This document shows positions 13,601-24,044 of a DNA stretch of 64,000 bases, piece by piece. A program made the position numbers and the translations under genes. Source of the stretch: Klebsormidium nitens. Its lineage: Eukaryota; Plantae; Klebsormidiophyceae. Where the stretch lies: the NCBI GenBank assembly GCA_000708835.1, contig DF237003.1, forward strand, positions 108,524-172,523, written 5' to 3'. Position 1 is the stretch's first letter. The number at the start of each line of letters is the position of its first letter. The notes beneath the pieces are model-generated. The model saw only the letters and a program-made list of their open reading frames with translations. It searched no databases and had not been told where the DNA came from.

Positions 13601-15388
13601 CCGCCAGAATCTGTGCCAAGGACTTGGACTGCCGCCTAGAATTGGACAGAAGTTCAGGTTTGTTTTCCCTGTTTGCAGGAAGGCGAGGAGGGAGAGGAGG
13701 GCGAGGAAGGAGAAGAAGGTGAAGAAGGCGAGGAAGGGGAGGAGGGAGAGGACGACGATGAGGGCGGAGAGGGATACGAGGGTAAGCATACCAACTTGTG
13801 TGACGATGTCCAGCTTGGTTGTTTTATGTCTGATGTTCACGCCAATCGCTGTAGATAGAGACAGCTTCCAAGATTTGACCGGAGTACGGCAGAGATCGTT
13901 TTGCCGTTTTTTGAGAGCATCGGGTCGGGGTTCTCTGGTATGTTCCAAGCGGCTATAGGGTCCTCTTGTCTGATCTGGGAAAGGTGGGAGTGTCAACGAC
14001 TGGTGTTTTTGGTCCAGGATTCGGACTCATCAAATGAACCCTGTACGAATCTGCTAAGGAAGCTTCTTCATGCGCGCCAGGAGGGGGTCGGTAGATTAAC
14101 CTCAAGAAAAATATTAGTAAGCCAAGATAATATTAAGCTCCGACTAACATTGAAATTCCTAACCCAGAACGACACCCGCTCTGCACCCGGAGCCACCCCA
14201 ACCACCACCCTAACCCTACCCGTCCCAGTTGGTTACCTTACTAAAATCTCGGCTTACTTTTATTTTTCTTGAGTTTGATGGTCGGTAGCTCCCACCTGGC
14301 GGCGGACGTGTACCCTTCTACTTTCTACCGACAATCTAGCCGTCGTCTGAGGCGCATCTCTGACCGGGTGATCTGATATTTTGCAGAAGAGGGTGGAGAA
14401 GGGGGGGAGGAAGGCGAGGACGATGACGACGACGAGGAGGGGGAAGAAGGGGAGGAGGGAGACGAGGGCGAAGAAGGTGACGAGGAGGAAGGCGAAGGTA
14501 CGTTTTGATCTTGCTTCCTTGTGCTTTTTTGTCGCACAGCTTACACGCGCAATTGTTTGCATCCAGCTTACAGTCGCTAATGATTTGGCATCCAGCTTGC
14601 AGTTGCTATTTTTGTCTGACGACTAGGAAGCCCCCGTCGAGGCGCTCCAGTTCGATTCATGGGCATCTCCGTCTGCACCCCCGACAGACCCTGCCTGGAT
14701 TGTATTTTATGAAACAAAGGCGAAGTTGGCAGTCTTGGCATTGAGTGCAGTCCCTGCTTCCGTTTTGGAAGCACAGAGGCTTTGCACCTGCAAGACTCGA
14801 AGTGATCGGACGACTCAATCTGCAACTCTAAGTCTTGCACTCTTTCTTTGCGGAAACATTTCTGCACTTGTTGGGTGTGTGCCTTCGCATGACGCGTCTG
14901 TACTTTCACAGGTGAAGAAGGGGAAGAGGGTGTCGAGTACGAAGAGGAGGACGATGATGATGACGACGACGAGGAGGGCGGAGAGGAGGAAGAGGTGCGC
15001 TAATCCAGTTCGTTGCTATTGCTGCCGTTTGATGATACTTCAGGCGGGTTGCTCTGGGCCCTAGGTATGTTTTGGTTGGGATTCTGTCCGCTTCTTCGGA
15101 ATTGGTCACTCAAGAGATATCTGACTCGTCTTGAGTGTCTTGCTTGGTCAGTCAGGCGACTCCGACGAGCAATACTCCGTCCTAATATGTGAGTCTTTCA
15201 GCATTTATTCTCTTCTGAAGTCCAATGGAATTCCAGAGTTTTTTCAGCTGCCACTGATCAATGGTCTTCCTATTTTCCAGGGCGAAGAGGAGGAGGGTGA
15301 TGAGGAGGGCGACGAGGAAGGGGACGAGGACGATGAGGACGACGATGAAGAAGAAGACGAACCGGCGCCCAAAAAGTCAAAGCACTAA
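7678..15388 (+). CDS. NOC4: Nucleolar complex protein 4 homolog (CBF/Mak21 domain) with ~150-aa acidic C-terminal extension, 16 exons
   Basis: Exons 7678-7992, 8882-8974, 9170-9240, 9531-9589, 9760-9802, 10015-10121, 10556-10674, 11152-11385, 11748-12006, 12375-12432, 12766-12871, 13074-13313, 13679-13781, 14387-14497, 14912-14994, 15281-15388. NOC4-typical motifs: LSDFLTDSYNLGGVVSVMSLDGLYTLITQHGLEYPDFYNKLYALL, LPAYLAAAFAKRMSRLAL, SLWEIETLRHHYCPSVSRF. Intron 1 has a GC donor (CAG|GCAAGT). Confidence 0.9.
14095..14279. mobile_element. Hairpin family copy 2 in a NOC4 intron: ~43-bp imperfect TIRs, C-rich core, 9-bp direct repeat GGTCGGTAG
   Basis: Left arm ATTAACCTCAAGAAAAATATTAGTAAGCCAAGATAATATTAAG; rc of right arm ATCAAACTCAAGAAAAATAAAAGTAAGCCGAGATTTTAGTAAG. 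Core CCTAACCCAGAACGACACCCGCTCTGCACCC...CCCTAACCCTACCCGTCCC. GGTCGGTAG at 14086-14094 and 14280-14288. Confidence 0.8.
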
Positions 15389-16099
15389 CTGTGTAATGGA
15401 AATTGTGAACAAAGATCCTTCTTTGGAGTGAAATAGAGTGTCTGCTGAAATGGTGAAGGTCGGCCTTGGCTACCATTACAGCGTGCATGGATGCAACCAG
15501 CAAGGTTGCATCAATCTAGTTAGTGAAAGAATCTTGGGTAAACGAGTCAGTCCTAGACCTATGTTTGGATCACATTCTGTGCTCATACCAATCGAAAATG
15601 AGTGTGCTTACCTCTGCAAAGACTTCTGGATTCCCCCCTGGCAACCATGAAATTGCCACATGTGCCAGCTGGATCCGAACAGGACAGTTGCATCACCTTG
15701 TGGTGTTATATACACTACCACATACTCAGTCACATCATGCTCGTCCATGCCTAGATTACACTTATGCTATCTCACGGTGCGAGATTGGACCGTTCAAACT
15801 TTAAAAACGATGCTGCAAGAGATACGTTTGCATACATGCAAGCCCATGGCCTACGCGCGCTTGTCCATATATATATGAAAAAGATATATTTGGGAATTAA
15901 TGTACGATACTGCCTAGCTGTATATAACCCGGGCAATCCTTGACCATGGAGCTTGCACGCAAGCGGCCGCGCGCATCATGCGTGCAGCTGCATGCACATG
16001 CATGCATATGGCAAGGATCCTGATCGAGTCGGACCCGCGGGACGGCCGCGCCCATGTGATTACTGCAAAGCCACCATGTGATGGCGTGAAGTAGACGTA

Positions 16100-17005
16100 C
16101 CACGGGACCGCTACGGCGCGACTTGCGGACCTCGGTCCGACCGTAATTTAGTTACGGTTTACCTCGGTCGGACCGAAAGTCCGCAGGTCGCGAGACGGTA
16201 AATCGACGGTGTTCGGAGGCAAAATTTTGGATATTCGGAGGTCGGAGTACGATCGCACCGAGGAGAAACCTTGGAATTATTTTTGGAACCTAGGAAAAAA
16301 CTCTAAAAAAAGGTAATTTGGCCCTAAATGTGAGCCAAGGAGGCAGCTATATAACATGCAAATCCGAGAGGAGGCAGGGGTGTCCACTTGGTTGGAGGTA
16401 GTCCAAGGGGTATATATCGAGTTGCAACTTTCCAATTTTCCGCCCCTGTCCCCAAACTCCATCCCAAGAGGTATTGGAAGCCATGGCCATGGTGGCTCCG
16501 TCCTTGGTGTAATTAACGCCATTGCAGCAAGGAACTCGAAGGTCCTCCTTCCTCATGACTCGAGGCCCCGTGTTTTCATGGTCTACCTACTTTTCAATCT
16601 CGGTCGTGGGTCTTCTAACCTGCAACGGGGCCTCTCCAGCCTCAACGCGTGTTGAGGTACCTGAGCGACTCATTCAAATCGTCGATAATGCTCTCATAAT
16701 TGTCATCGGACGGTAGAGTAAAGGGCGGTACCACCCGGTCGGGACCGTCTGGTCGCGATCGAAAATTTGTCGTAGGGCAGGGCCACGTCATATTCCGTAC
16801 AGGAATTGGCCCAGTTCACAGTATCGCCGAGTCGTTGAAATTAGTTGAAATTTTGAGTTGAAATTTAAAACCTCGATCCGGCCGCGGAAACACCGATTTA
16901 TCGGAGGTATACGGAGGTCGATAAATAGGTAATTTGCAGGTAGGACCGACCGGGTATCGAGGTAGAACCTGGCAAATACCTAAAACCGCCGTAGCGGTCC
17001 CGTGG
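16100..17005. mobile_element. Non-autonomous TIR element, 906 bp, flanked by TA
   Basis: Perfect 19-bp TIRs CCACGGGACCGCTACGGCG / CGCCGTAGCGGTCCCGTGG, with TA at 16098-16099 and 17006-17007. A subterminal ~26-bp-stem hairpin lies at ~16118-16192. No recognisable transposase ORF. Confidence 0.75.
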
Positions 17006-17388
17006 TATCTAGTTGTTTCAATGTTGCATGACGACCGGCGGCGGCCCGCGAGAACTAGTATATGGCCTATTGCACCATGCATGCATGGGTAATGCCCCAG
17101 TCGGACCCGCAATGATTGGCGCTCAGCTAGCGTGGCCTAACTTATTGCTCATAATACTGACGGTCACCATAAAATCTTACTCTAATAGAGCAGAAGTTTC
17201 TGCTCAGAAGCTCAACTAGGACTTGGTAACTGTTCACTTGGAATTGTGCACAATTTCCAAACACTTTGGCAAAGTCGAAGAGCATAACGCAAGTGTTCTT
17301 TCACGAAAGTGTCATGAACCTGACTAATTGGATTCCAGGACCATTTGTAGTCATTGGTCCAGTTGTGCAGCGTATTCCACCAGAAGGT

Positions 17389-20300
17389 CTAAGGTACAAT
17401 AGTCGTGACTCTTTGGATTGCTGCTTTCATAGCCTCTCGATCTAACGTAGTTTCAACCATCACCTCTTGTACCTGCAAGGTATTGGATACAGAATATAAA
17501 TTGTCTCTCACATCTGGCAAGTGTGGGTTTTGCGGTTGATTATAAGACCAGGTTCAAGGAGATGAATGAAGAGCAAGGAAGTGGAACTAAACGAACCCAT
17601 ATAGCCCGGACGACTAATGTCGTGAGCCATTAGTAACATGCACCATAAAGAAGGCGTCGAAGCAAACAGGCAAACCAATCTGATCGCATGGGAATCTGAC
17701 GAGTGTAAAAGCATGTGCTTTCACAGAAATTCAGCGAAGACATCCCTCTAATGTAAGTTGAATAGTAAGTTGAGAAGGAAGTCAGGAAAGAACCAGCCGG
17801 CTAGCGGCGGAATGTCAGAAGTGTTCCGTCACCCGTAAGCAATCCGCCAGCCAAATCACCGTCACAAGCACCTCAACCGATCAGGGTCCACTGCGGTAGC
17901 TTCGAAAAAGGCCACTTGGGGCAGATTCGATCCTTGGTGCGGTCCAGCGCATTAATCACCGATAAGGATTCACAGCAGAAATCTGATTGTTTCCATTAGG
18001 GTAACTCGGAAGTTGGTCAAGGCCTTACTTGGGTGGGGGCGAGTGCGGAGCACGTGAACCCTAGGTTTAGGTTCTTACTCAAATTTGGCTGTTACCCTTC
18101 ATGGCGCTTTCCTTAAGCAGAGTGAAACTTATACAGCTTCTCCCGAGCAACCTGCCAGTTTTAGTGGGAAACCTAGTGTGACTTCGTCGGTCTGCAACCG
18201 AGTGAGATCAGTCCGGTAAAGTTTTACACTAGAACTAGCAAAGTGCTCAGGAGAAGCTGTTTTTATTATTATTATTATTATTTTGCAAAGTGACTGTACC
18301 TGGCGGCCCGCGCGCGCGAGCAGGGTGTACCCGTTCTCTGCGGGCGCGTTGCTGAGCCACAGCTCGAGGTCCTGCGATACGACGCGCTTCTCCACCGCCT
18401 GCCGCCCCAGCGCCACCGACAGCACCCTGCGGGAACGAGCCCATCGAAGGTTTGCGTTTTCTTTCTTGTTCTTTTTTCCCTTCTTTTCTTTTTCCTTTTC
18501 CTTTCTCCATCTCTCTTTCCTTTTTGAGATAATATATTCTGAGCTCTTCCTGCGACATCTAGCCAACGACCGACAATCTGGTGTGCTGCCCTACGATTGT
18601 GATGCTCGGCATTCTGGCTCAACACTGGCCAGGAAACGGTTCTTAGAATCCTTTTCTGGGCCCGATGGTCGACCAGCGTCAAGAAGAGGAACACGAGGAT
18701 TCTTCCACTGACAGTCTGATGCACGTTTTAAGTCGTTGAGAACCGGAGTATTGAAGGTCCGCATTGGAAAAGGCGCGGAAACGAGGAGAGGCTGCGTTGG
18801 AAAGGGCCCATCTGACTGCGTTGAGTTGGGTGGGCTAACGACCTGGGACCGAAAAAGTGATGGTAAGGCAGGGAAGAAGGCAAGATTATCTTTAAAGTGT
18901 GCAGACGGCAACTAGAGCGGGGGACACTTACCCATCTTCTTTTTGGAGCTCGTTGCAAATGTCCTCCAGTCCCGGCAGCGGCAGCACCGCCAGCTCATCG
19001 TCAGTCAAGTCGTCGTCATAGCCGGCCTGCAACGACGGGCAGAGGAAAACGTTCACTTCAAGCAACTAGAGATGAGAGAAAGAAGTCCTGCTGCCCCGTC
19101 GTAGAAGGTACGTGGGCTGTCTGAAGGCCAAAGAACCCGTCAGATCGAGACTTCAAGCGACTAGATGCAAAAAAGAAGTCATGCCGCTTTAGGGCAGAGA
19201 CTTCTTCGGGTTTTGTCGTTTTTGTCGTCTGCAGAAATCTCTACGCGGCTTGAACGAGTGCGAAAGAGAGATGGGGTTAAATCCACGAGCAACATCAATT
19301 ATGAGCAGCAGGCGCGTCGTCGGTTAAGCGACTGGACTGGAACCTGAGGCAACTCGACTCAGCAGCAAAGTCGTCGAACTCATCATCACAGCCATCCACT
19401 AATGCAGCAGAGGAAAAGTTGGACCGCAGAAAAAAATCGGGCAAGGCACTACAGGAGCAAGCAACTCATCAGCCAACACTCATTTGAAGGGGCGACGGGG
19501 TAAGACAATGACGTCAACGCGGGCAGGTGAGCCCGACACGGTTGCAGCCTACTGGAAACGAAAGGTTGGTCCCAATTTCAAAAGGCTTGATTGGGTCTTT
19601 CCAACGCAGTCTCGGTCGGCGCTACTGCTACGATGGTTGACCACGAGATATGCTAAAGATAGCACACCAATTATGGAGAACCCCGACGTCAGGACGGGAT
19701 CTCGCCCTTTGCAGCATGAGCAATTACCATTCTCCTGTACTACAGCGAGGACCCTTGCTCGTTTGCCTACTTCAGCAGCCGCAACTCCTGCTGTCAATTG
19801 AAGACCGTGCGGATTGGAAAACTCTGCCTTACTGGGCTATTAAACCAGAACCGTTTTTTCTTACAAACGGCATCCTAGGGGATCATCTATTATGAGAACC
19901 GAGCCCCCCTCACCGGCATGATGGTGTCGAGCGTCTCGAGCAGCGGGTCGTTCTCGAGCTGCTTGAGCGACAGCGCGAGGCGCATGCGCTCCATGTCGAC
20001 ATTGACGACCTTCACGCGCACTTCCTGTCCGACCGTCAGCAAGTCCTCGGGGTGATGTACCGGGTCCCATGACAGCTCGCTCGTGTGAACCAGCCCGCTG
20101 ATTGGATATGACCCTGGGGGGCAGTTTTAGAACTTTAGCATGCCTCGGAGATGCAAGTTCGAAACTTTGATCGGACATTGTTGAAGTGTGAAGATATGGA
20201 GTCCTCGGGGTAATGCACCGGGTCCCACGACAGCTCGCTCGTGTGCACCAGCCCGCTGATTGGATGAGAACCTGGGGGGCAGTTTCGGGTTAGCAATAAG

Positions 20301-23300
20301 CGGGAAACCAATCTCTGATATCAAGCGGATGGGACTTTTTAATCTCGGAAGTTAGCGGTTCAAACGCTCACGATGGTGCACCGGGTCCCACAACAGCTCG
20401 CTCGTGTGCACCAGCGCGCTGATTGGATATGACCCTGGGGGGCAGTCTCACCAGATTTAAGCATGACTCGGAAACGCAAGTTTGAAAACTTTGAGAAGTT
20501 ATAGTCGAGGTGTACAGATATGAAGTCCTCTGGGTGATGCACCGGGTCCCGCAAAAGCTCGCTGGTATGCACCAGCCCGCTGATCGGGTACGAGCCTGGG
20601 GGCAGTCTCAAAAAGTGGGAATAAAGATTATCCAAAAATTACTTTTGCAATTAAGTTTAGCACAATGAACGCTTGACGTTGCACACATATTCCAAAACAG
20701 CTGCCCGTGTGTACCAGCCCGCTAAGTGGGTATGACCCTGGGGGCACAGTTCAGCAAGACCATGAGACACGATCTTCGGCTCTGTATCTTTTATGAAAGG
20801 GGTGTCAGGACTTGGCAACTCAGAATCCTTAAGATGGTGCGCTAAGTTACGGGACATCTCGCTCGTGTGCCCACTCATCGTGTATGACCTTGCATGATTG
20901 AGGGCCGCAGCTTTTGGAATCTGCAATGACTACTATCATCCTGAAATTATGTTGGGCTTGGTTTCCGGGGTGGTGCAACTCCTGCGTTCTGTCAGAGCTT
21001 GCTCGAGATAAACCACCCGCTGATCGGGCACGATTCTGGAGTTTTCAATGTTTAGCATGATCGAAAGACGCAACTTCTGAATTGAATCCCGAAATCTCAG
21101 TGATTGGTTTCTAGCATCCTACACGCTTGCAATGGTGCACTGGAATGTGAGGCAGCTTGCTTATGTATCAGTCCGCTGAGCGGAGTTTGACCGAACTTTC
21201 AAACTTTCCTGTGTCGGGATTCCACGAGGTCGGTCCTAGCTTTCAAGAACTCGGGATGGATGCAAAAAGAACAAGTAGTCAAAGCCGTATTCGCAGCTGA
21301 GCGTGAGTACAACGAGCATGGCCTCACCGTCTGGGAATTTGATGTCTACGAACGCCCCAAAATCCGTTAGCGAGTCGACTCTCCCCTCTCGAACTTCGTC
21401 GACTGTGAGTTGCTGCGCGGCCTCGATCCAGGCTGCCAACTTCTCTGAAAGAACGAAACGCCCCGCCTTCCGATTGACTTCGATCACCTGCAACAAGAAC
21501 TCCAATTTCTTCCTCAAACCTCTTAGAAACCGCTCTGCCTGACGGCTGCAAGGGCGTGCAATGATTATGCAGCAGCATTCGTATTTCTCGAATGTCATTC
21601 AGTCCAGTCTCTATTCGAAAACAGAGAGTCAAGGTAGATTGGCAACATGCATTGTAGTACGCCCAATGCTTGCACAGCCTTTAAGCACGATACATTCGCT
21701 TTGGGGGACGGACCCCGATACATTTGGTCGCCTGTATTGACTTGAACACCAGTTCTTCAACATGGGTGCAGATTGAAGGCATGTACGCTCACTTTCGCCG
21801 TGATCGTTTTCCCCACGAGCGATGCCCCGACTTCCGATAGACTCTTCGTCCCGTCATTCGACCGTATTTGCGAGAAGGGGACGAACCCGAGCAGGCTCCC
21901 GAGCTTGATAAGCACCCCCCCGTTATTGGCCCCCTCGACTTTCGCGCTGACTAGTTCCCCGCTCTCAAAGAGTTGCTGCGCGCTTTTCCAGTCGGAGTCC
22001 TTGGCCCGCTGGTTCACTTGCTGCTGCGATGCCTTGGGAACTCTCTTGACCGCCACCTTTTCGGAGTCTTGAACTCCATCCCCCTGAAAACAACGAAAAG
22101 CGAAACAGGTTACATGACATCTCCGCCCGAGGTGCATTTGAAAGATCCATGAAACCCGGTTGAATAGCAGAAAAACAGCAAGTTTTAAACGCCTCCAGAA
22201 GTTTACTTGCTGCTAGGATTCCTTGGAACCCTCTTGACGGCCACCTTTCCAGACTCTTGGACTCCGCTCCTCTGGAAAGACACGCCGCGAAAAACAGTGA
22301 CATGATTTTGATGCCCCAATGTATAAGTACTTATGAAGCCCCGCTAGATCAGGCCGGAAAAAAACGTTTGGAACTTTCCGTGTTACAAGTCGACGAGCGC
22401 TTCTCTTGTTGGCAATCATCGACATTCCAGAGTCATTTTTGGAGCGTTCTCAACCAGCTTTCTACCTAGGTACTCAAGTCTTTGTGCCAGGTGCCCTCGA
22501 CAGCATTTGATGAAAGCAGCTTGTGTGTCATTCCCACAGAAAGTACAAAAAGCAGGGCGTATTTCCGGCCACTCCCAGAATATAAAGACGTCCCCTCGCC
22601 ACTATTTTACACCCCTTCGGCCAATTGCAATGTCTACCGCCGATCAAGATTGAGGGTGTCAGCATCTTGTGTCTAAGGTCCTTCTCCGCCTGGTTTCTAG
22701 GCTGCCATCAATATTTGTCACCACCCTCAAACGATTTCCAGAACCGAGACTCCCAACCACTGGCCCACATTATGTGTTCTTGGACTGGCGCCACGCCTTC
22801 GACCAAGGGCAGTCACAGTGCCGGTCATGAGTGGGCTTCTCAGGTTCAATCATCGTGGCCTAACGACATGAGAGGAGCCTAAGGTGGGAGGGAAGGAGAA
22901 CCCTTCCAAACAAGACAATGGAGCATAAACCCTTCGGCCACATATTCTCTGTGAGGCAGACATCCCCACCCACAAGCGTGACTAAGACTTCTACAGCTAA
23001 TGCAGCAAAAGAGTGGCACCTTCAAAAAGAAGGGCGCCACAATGCACACACGACGCTCACCTCTGACTCTGAAGCTTTCGCGGGGCTCTGCACTTCCGCC
23101 GCACATCGTGCCCCCTTGCTTTGACTAGATAACCTCCCAGGGCGCCGGAGGAGCAAACATCTCAGAAGCGCGCATTCTGTTTCTGCATATCTGTCTGACA
23201 AGGCACCAAGAGGATGCAATTTTTGGGTTTTCCGCTGGCACACACGACTGGAAGGGAGGTGCAAGCCTGCATTGAGGAGCTGCGACCTGCAAACAACACG

Positions 23301-23306
23301 CGCCAT
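17389..23306 (-). CDS. SRRP1: Plastid S1 RNA-binding domain protein (SRRP1/At3g23700-like), 7 exons
   Basis: Exons 23061-23306 (transit-peptide-like), 21793-22083, 21328-21487, 19914-20113, 18932-19026, 18300-18426, 17389-17472. S1 motifs VREGRVDSLTDFGAFVDI and SGLVHTSELSWDPV; C-terminal EKRVVSQDLELWLSNAP...LLARAGRQVQEV as I recall from the Arabidopsis protein. Confidence 0.85.
17993..18104. repeat. Hairpin family copy 4 (degenerate, truncated core) in the last SRRP1 intron
   Basis: Core GGGTGGGGGCGAGTGCGGAGCACGTG...TAGGTTTAGGTT resembles the copy-1 core. Arms CCATTAGGGTAACTCGGAAGTTGGTCAAG and rc CCATGAAGGGTAACAGCCAAATTTGAGTAAG. Confidence 0.6.
18133..18260. repeat. 128-bp inverted-repeat hairpin (40-bp arms, 32/40 matched), possible Tc1/mariner-type MITE
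   Basis: 18133-18172 pairs with 18221-18260. The ends read TA|CAGCTTCTCC...GGAGAAGCTG|TT, and an (ATT)n run follows. Confidence 0.65.
20114..21327 (-). repeat. SRRP1 intron 3 built from ~7 decayed tandem copies (~160-bp period) of the acceptor plus start of exon 4
   Basis: Plus-strand motif GACAGCTCGCTCGTGTGCACCAGCCCGCTGATTGGATATGACCCTGGGGGGCAG recurs near 20230, 20395, 20555, 20700, 20855, 21000 and 21160, with increasing decay. Confidence 0.9.
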
Positions 23307-24044
23307 GATCACGCTTCAACGGCTTCTCGAATGTGGCCAACCTGTTCTGATTCAGATGGCAGTGACTCAGTGAGATACGTACCACTGCCAAAACTCAATG
23401 GCATTGTGATCAGTCAATGTCACATGATCACGATTCAGGGTTTGGAAGCTAATACGATATCCCGTCTCTATCCATATCCGGGAGGCTACTCATTTACTAA
23501 TTTCGTAAGTCATTTCATGGAGACTCTTCTCGCCCATACTATATTATTATCGATTGAATTGCGGCTATTTTCTGCCGGCTTATAGGCTTACAAAACTTAT
23601 CAATTTTGTATTGCAAAAATTCAACCTGCATTTGTGTGCTCAAGCATGCAGCTAGGCAGGTTGCAAGGCAGAGCCAGGCAGAGCCATGCATGATCCATCG
23701 TCTTAAAGTACTAATATATTTCTGGATTCTCAGCACGTTGTTGCTTTGGAGCTCTTCAAAAGAGCTGAATGGTGCTAGCACGCCTCTTCCGCATCCAGCA
23801 CCTTCTGGACGTTCCACCACTTGCGAGGCGGTGTGCACAGAGGCTCCCCAGTCCCCTAGCATTCCACACTTCTGTCCCCACTTTTGCCCGTTCAGAAAAG
23901 GGCGTTTCAAGCAGTCATAGATTACGGGGTAGCGATAGAGGGTCCTTTGCATCCGGTGATGATTGCTGGGGCTTGAGCACTAGAGTGGAGAGACTCTTCT
24001 CGCAGCATTGCTTTCAGAAAAGGTGCACGCACAAAAAGACCGTA

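Noticed and set aside
13068-15388. Separate acidic-protein gene (ANP32/nucleolin-like)
   Set aside because: The exons splice in phase to the NOC4 C-terminal exon and no independent start was found.
16277-16716. Transposase remnant inside the 906-bp element
   Set aside because: All frames are short or interrupted and show no DDE or other recognisable motif.
18451-18525. Long pyrimidine/purine tract as a functional triplex site
   Set aside because: Simple low-complexity intron sequence with no further support.
20114-21327. CRISPR-like or mutually exclusive exon array
   Set aside because: The units are truncated exon starts without donors and have no unique spacers; they are decayed tandem duplicates.
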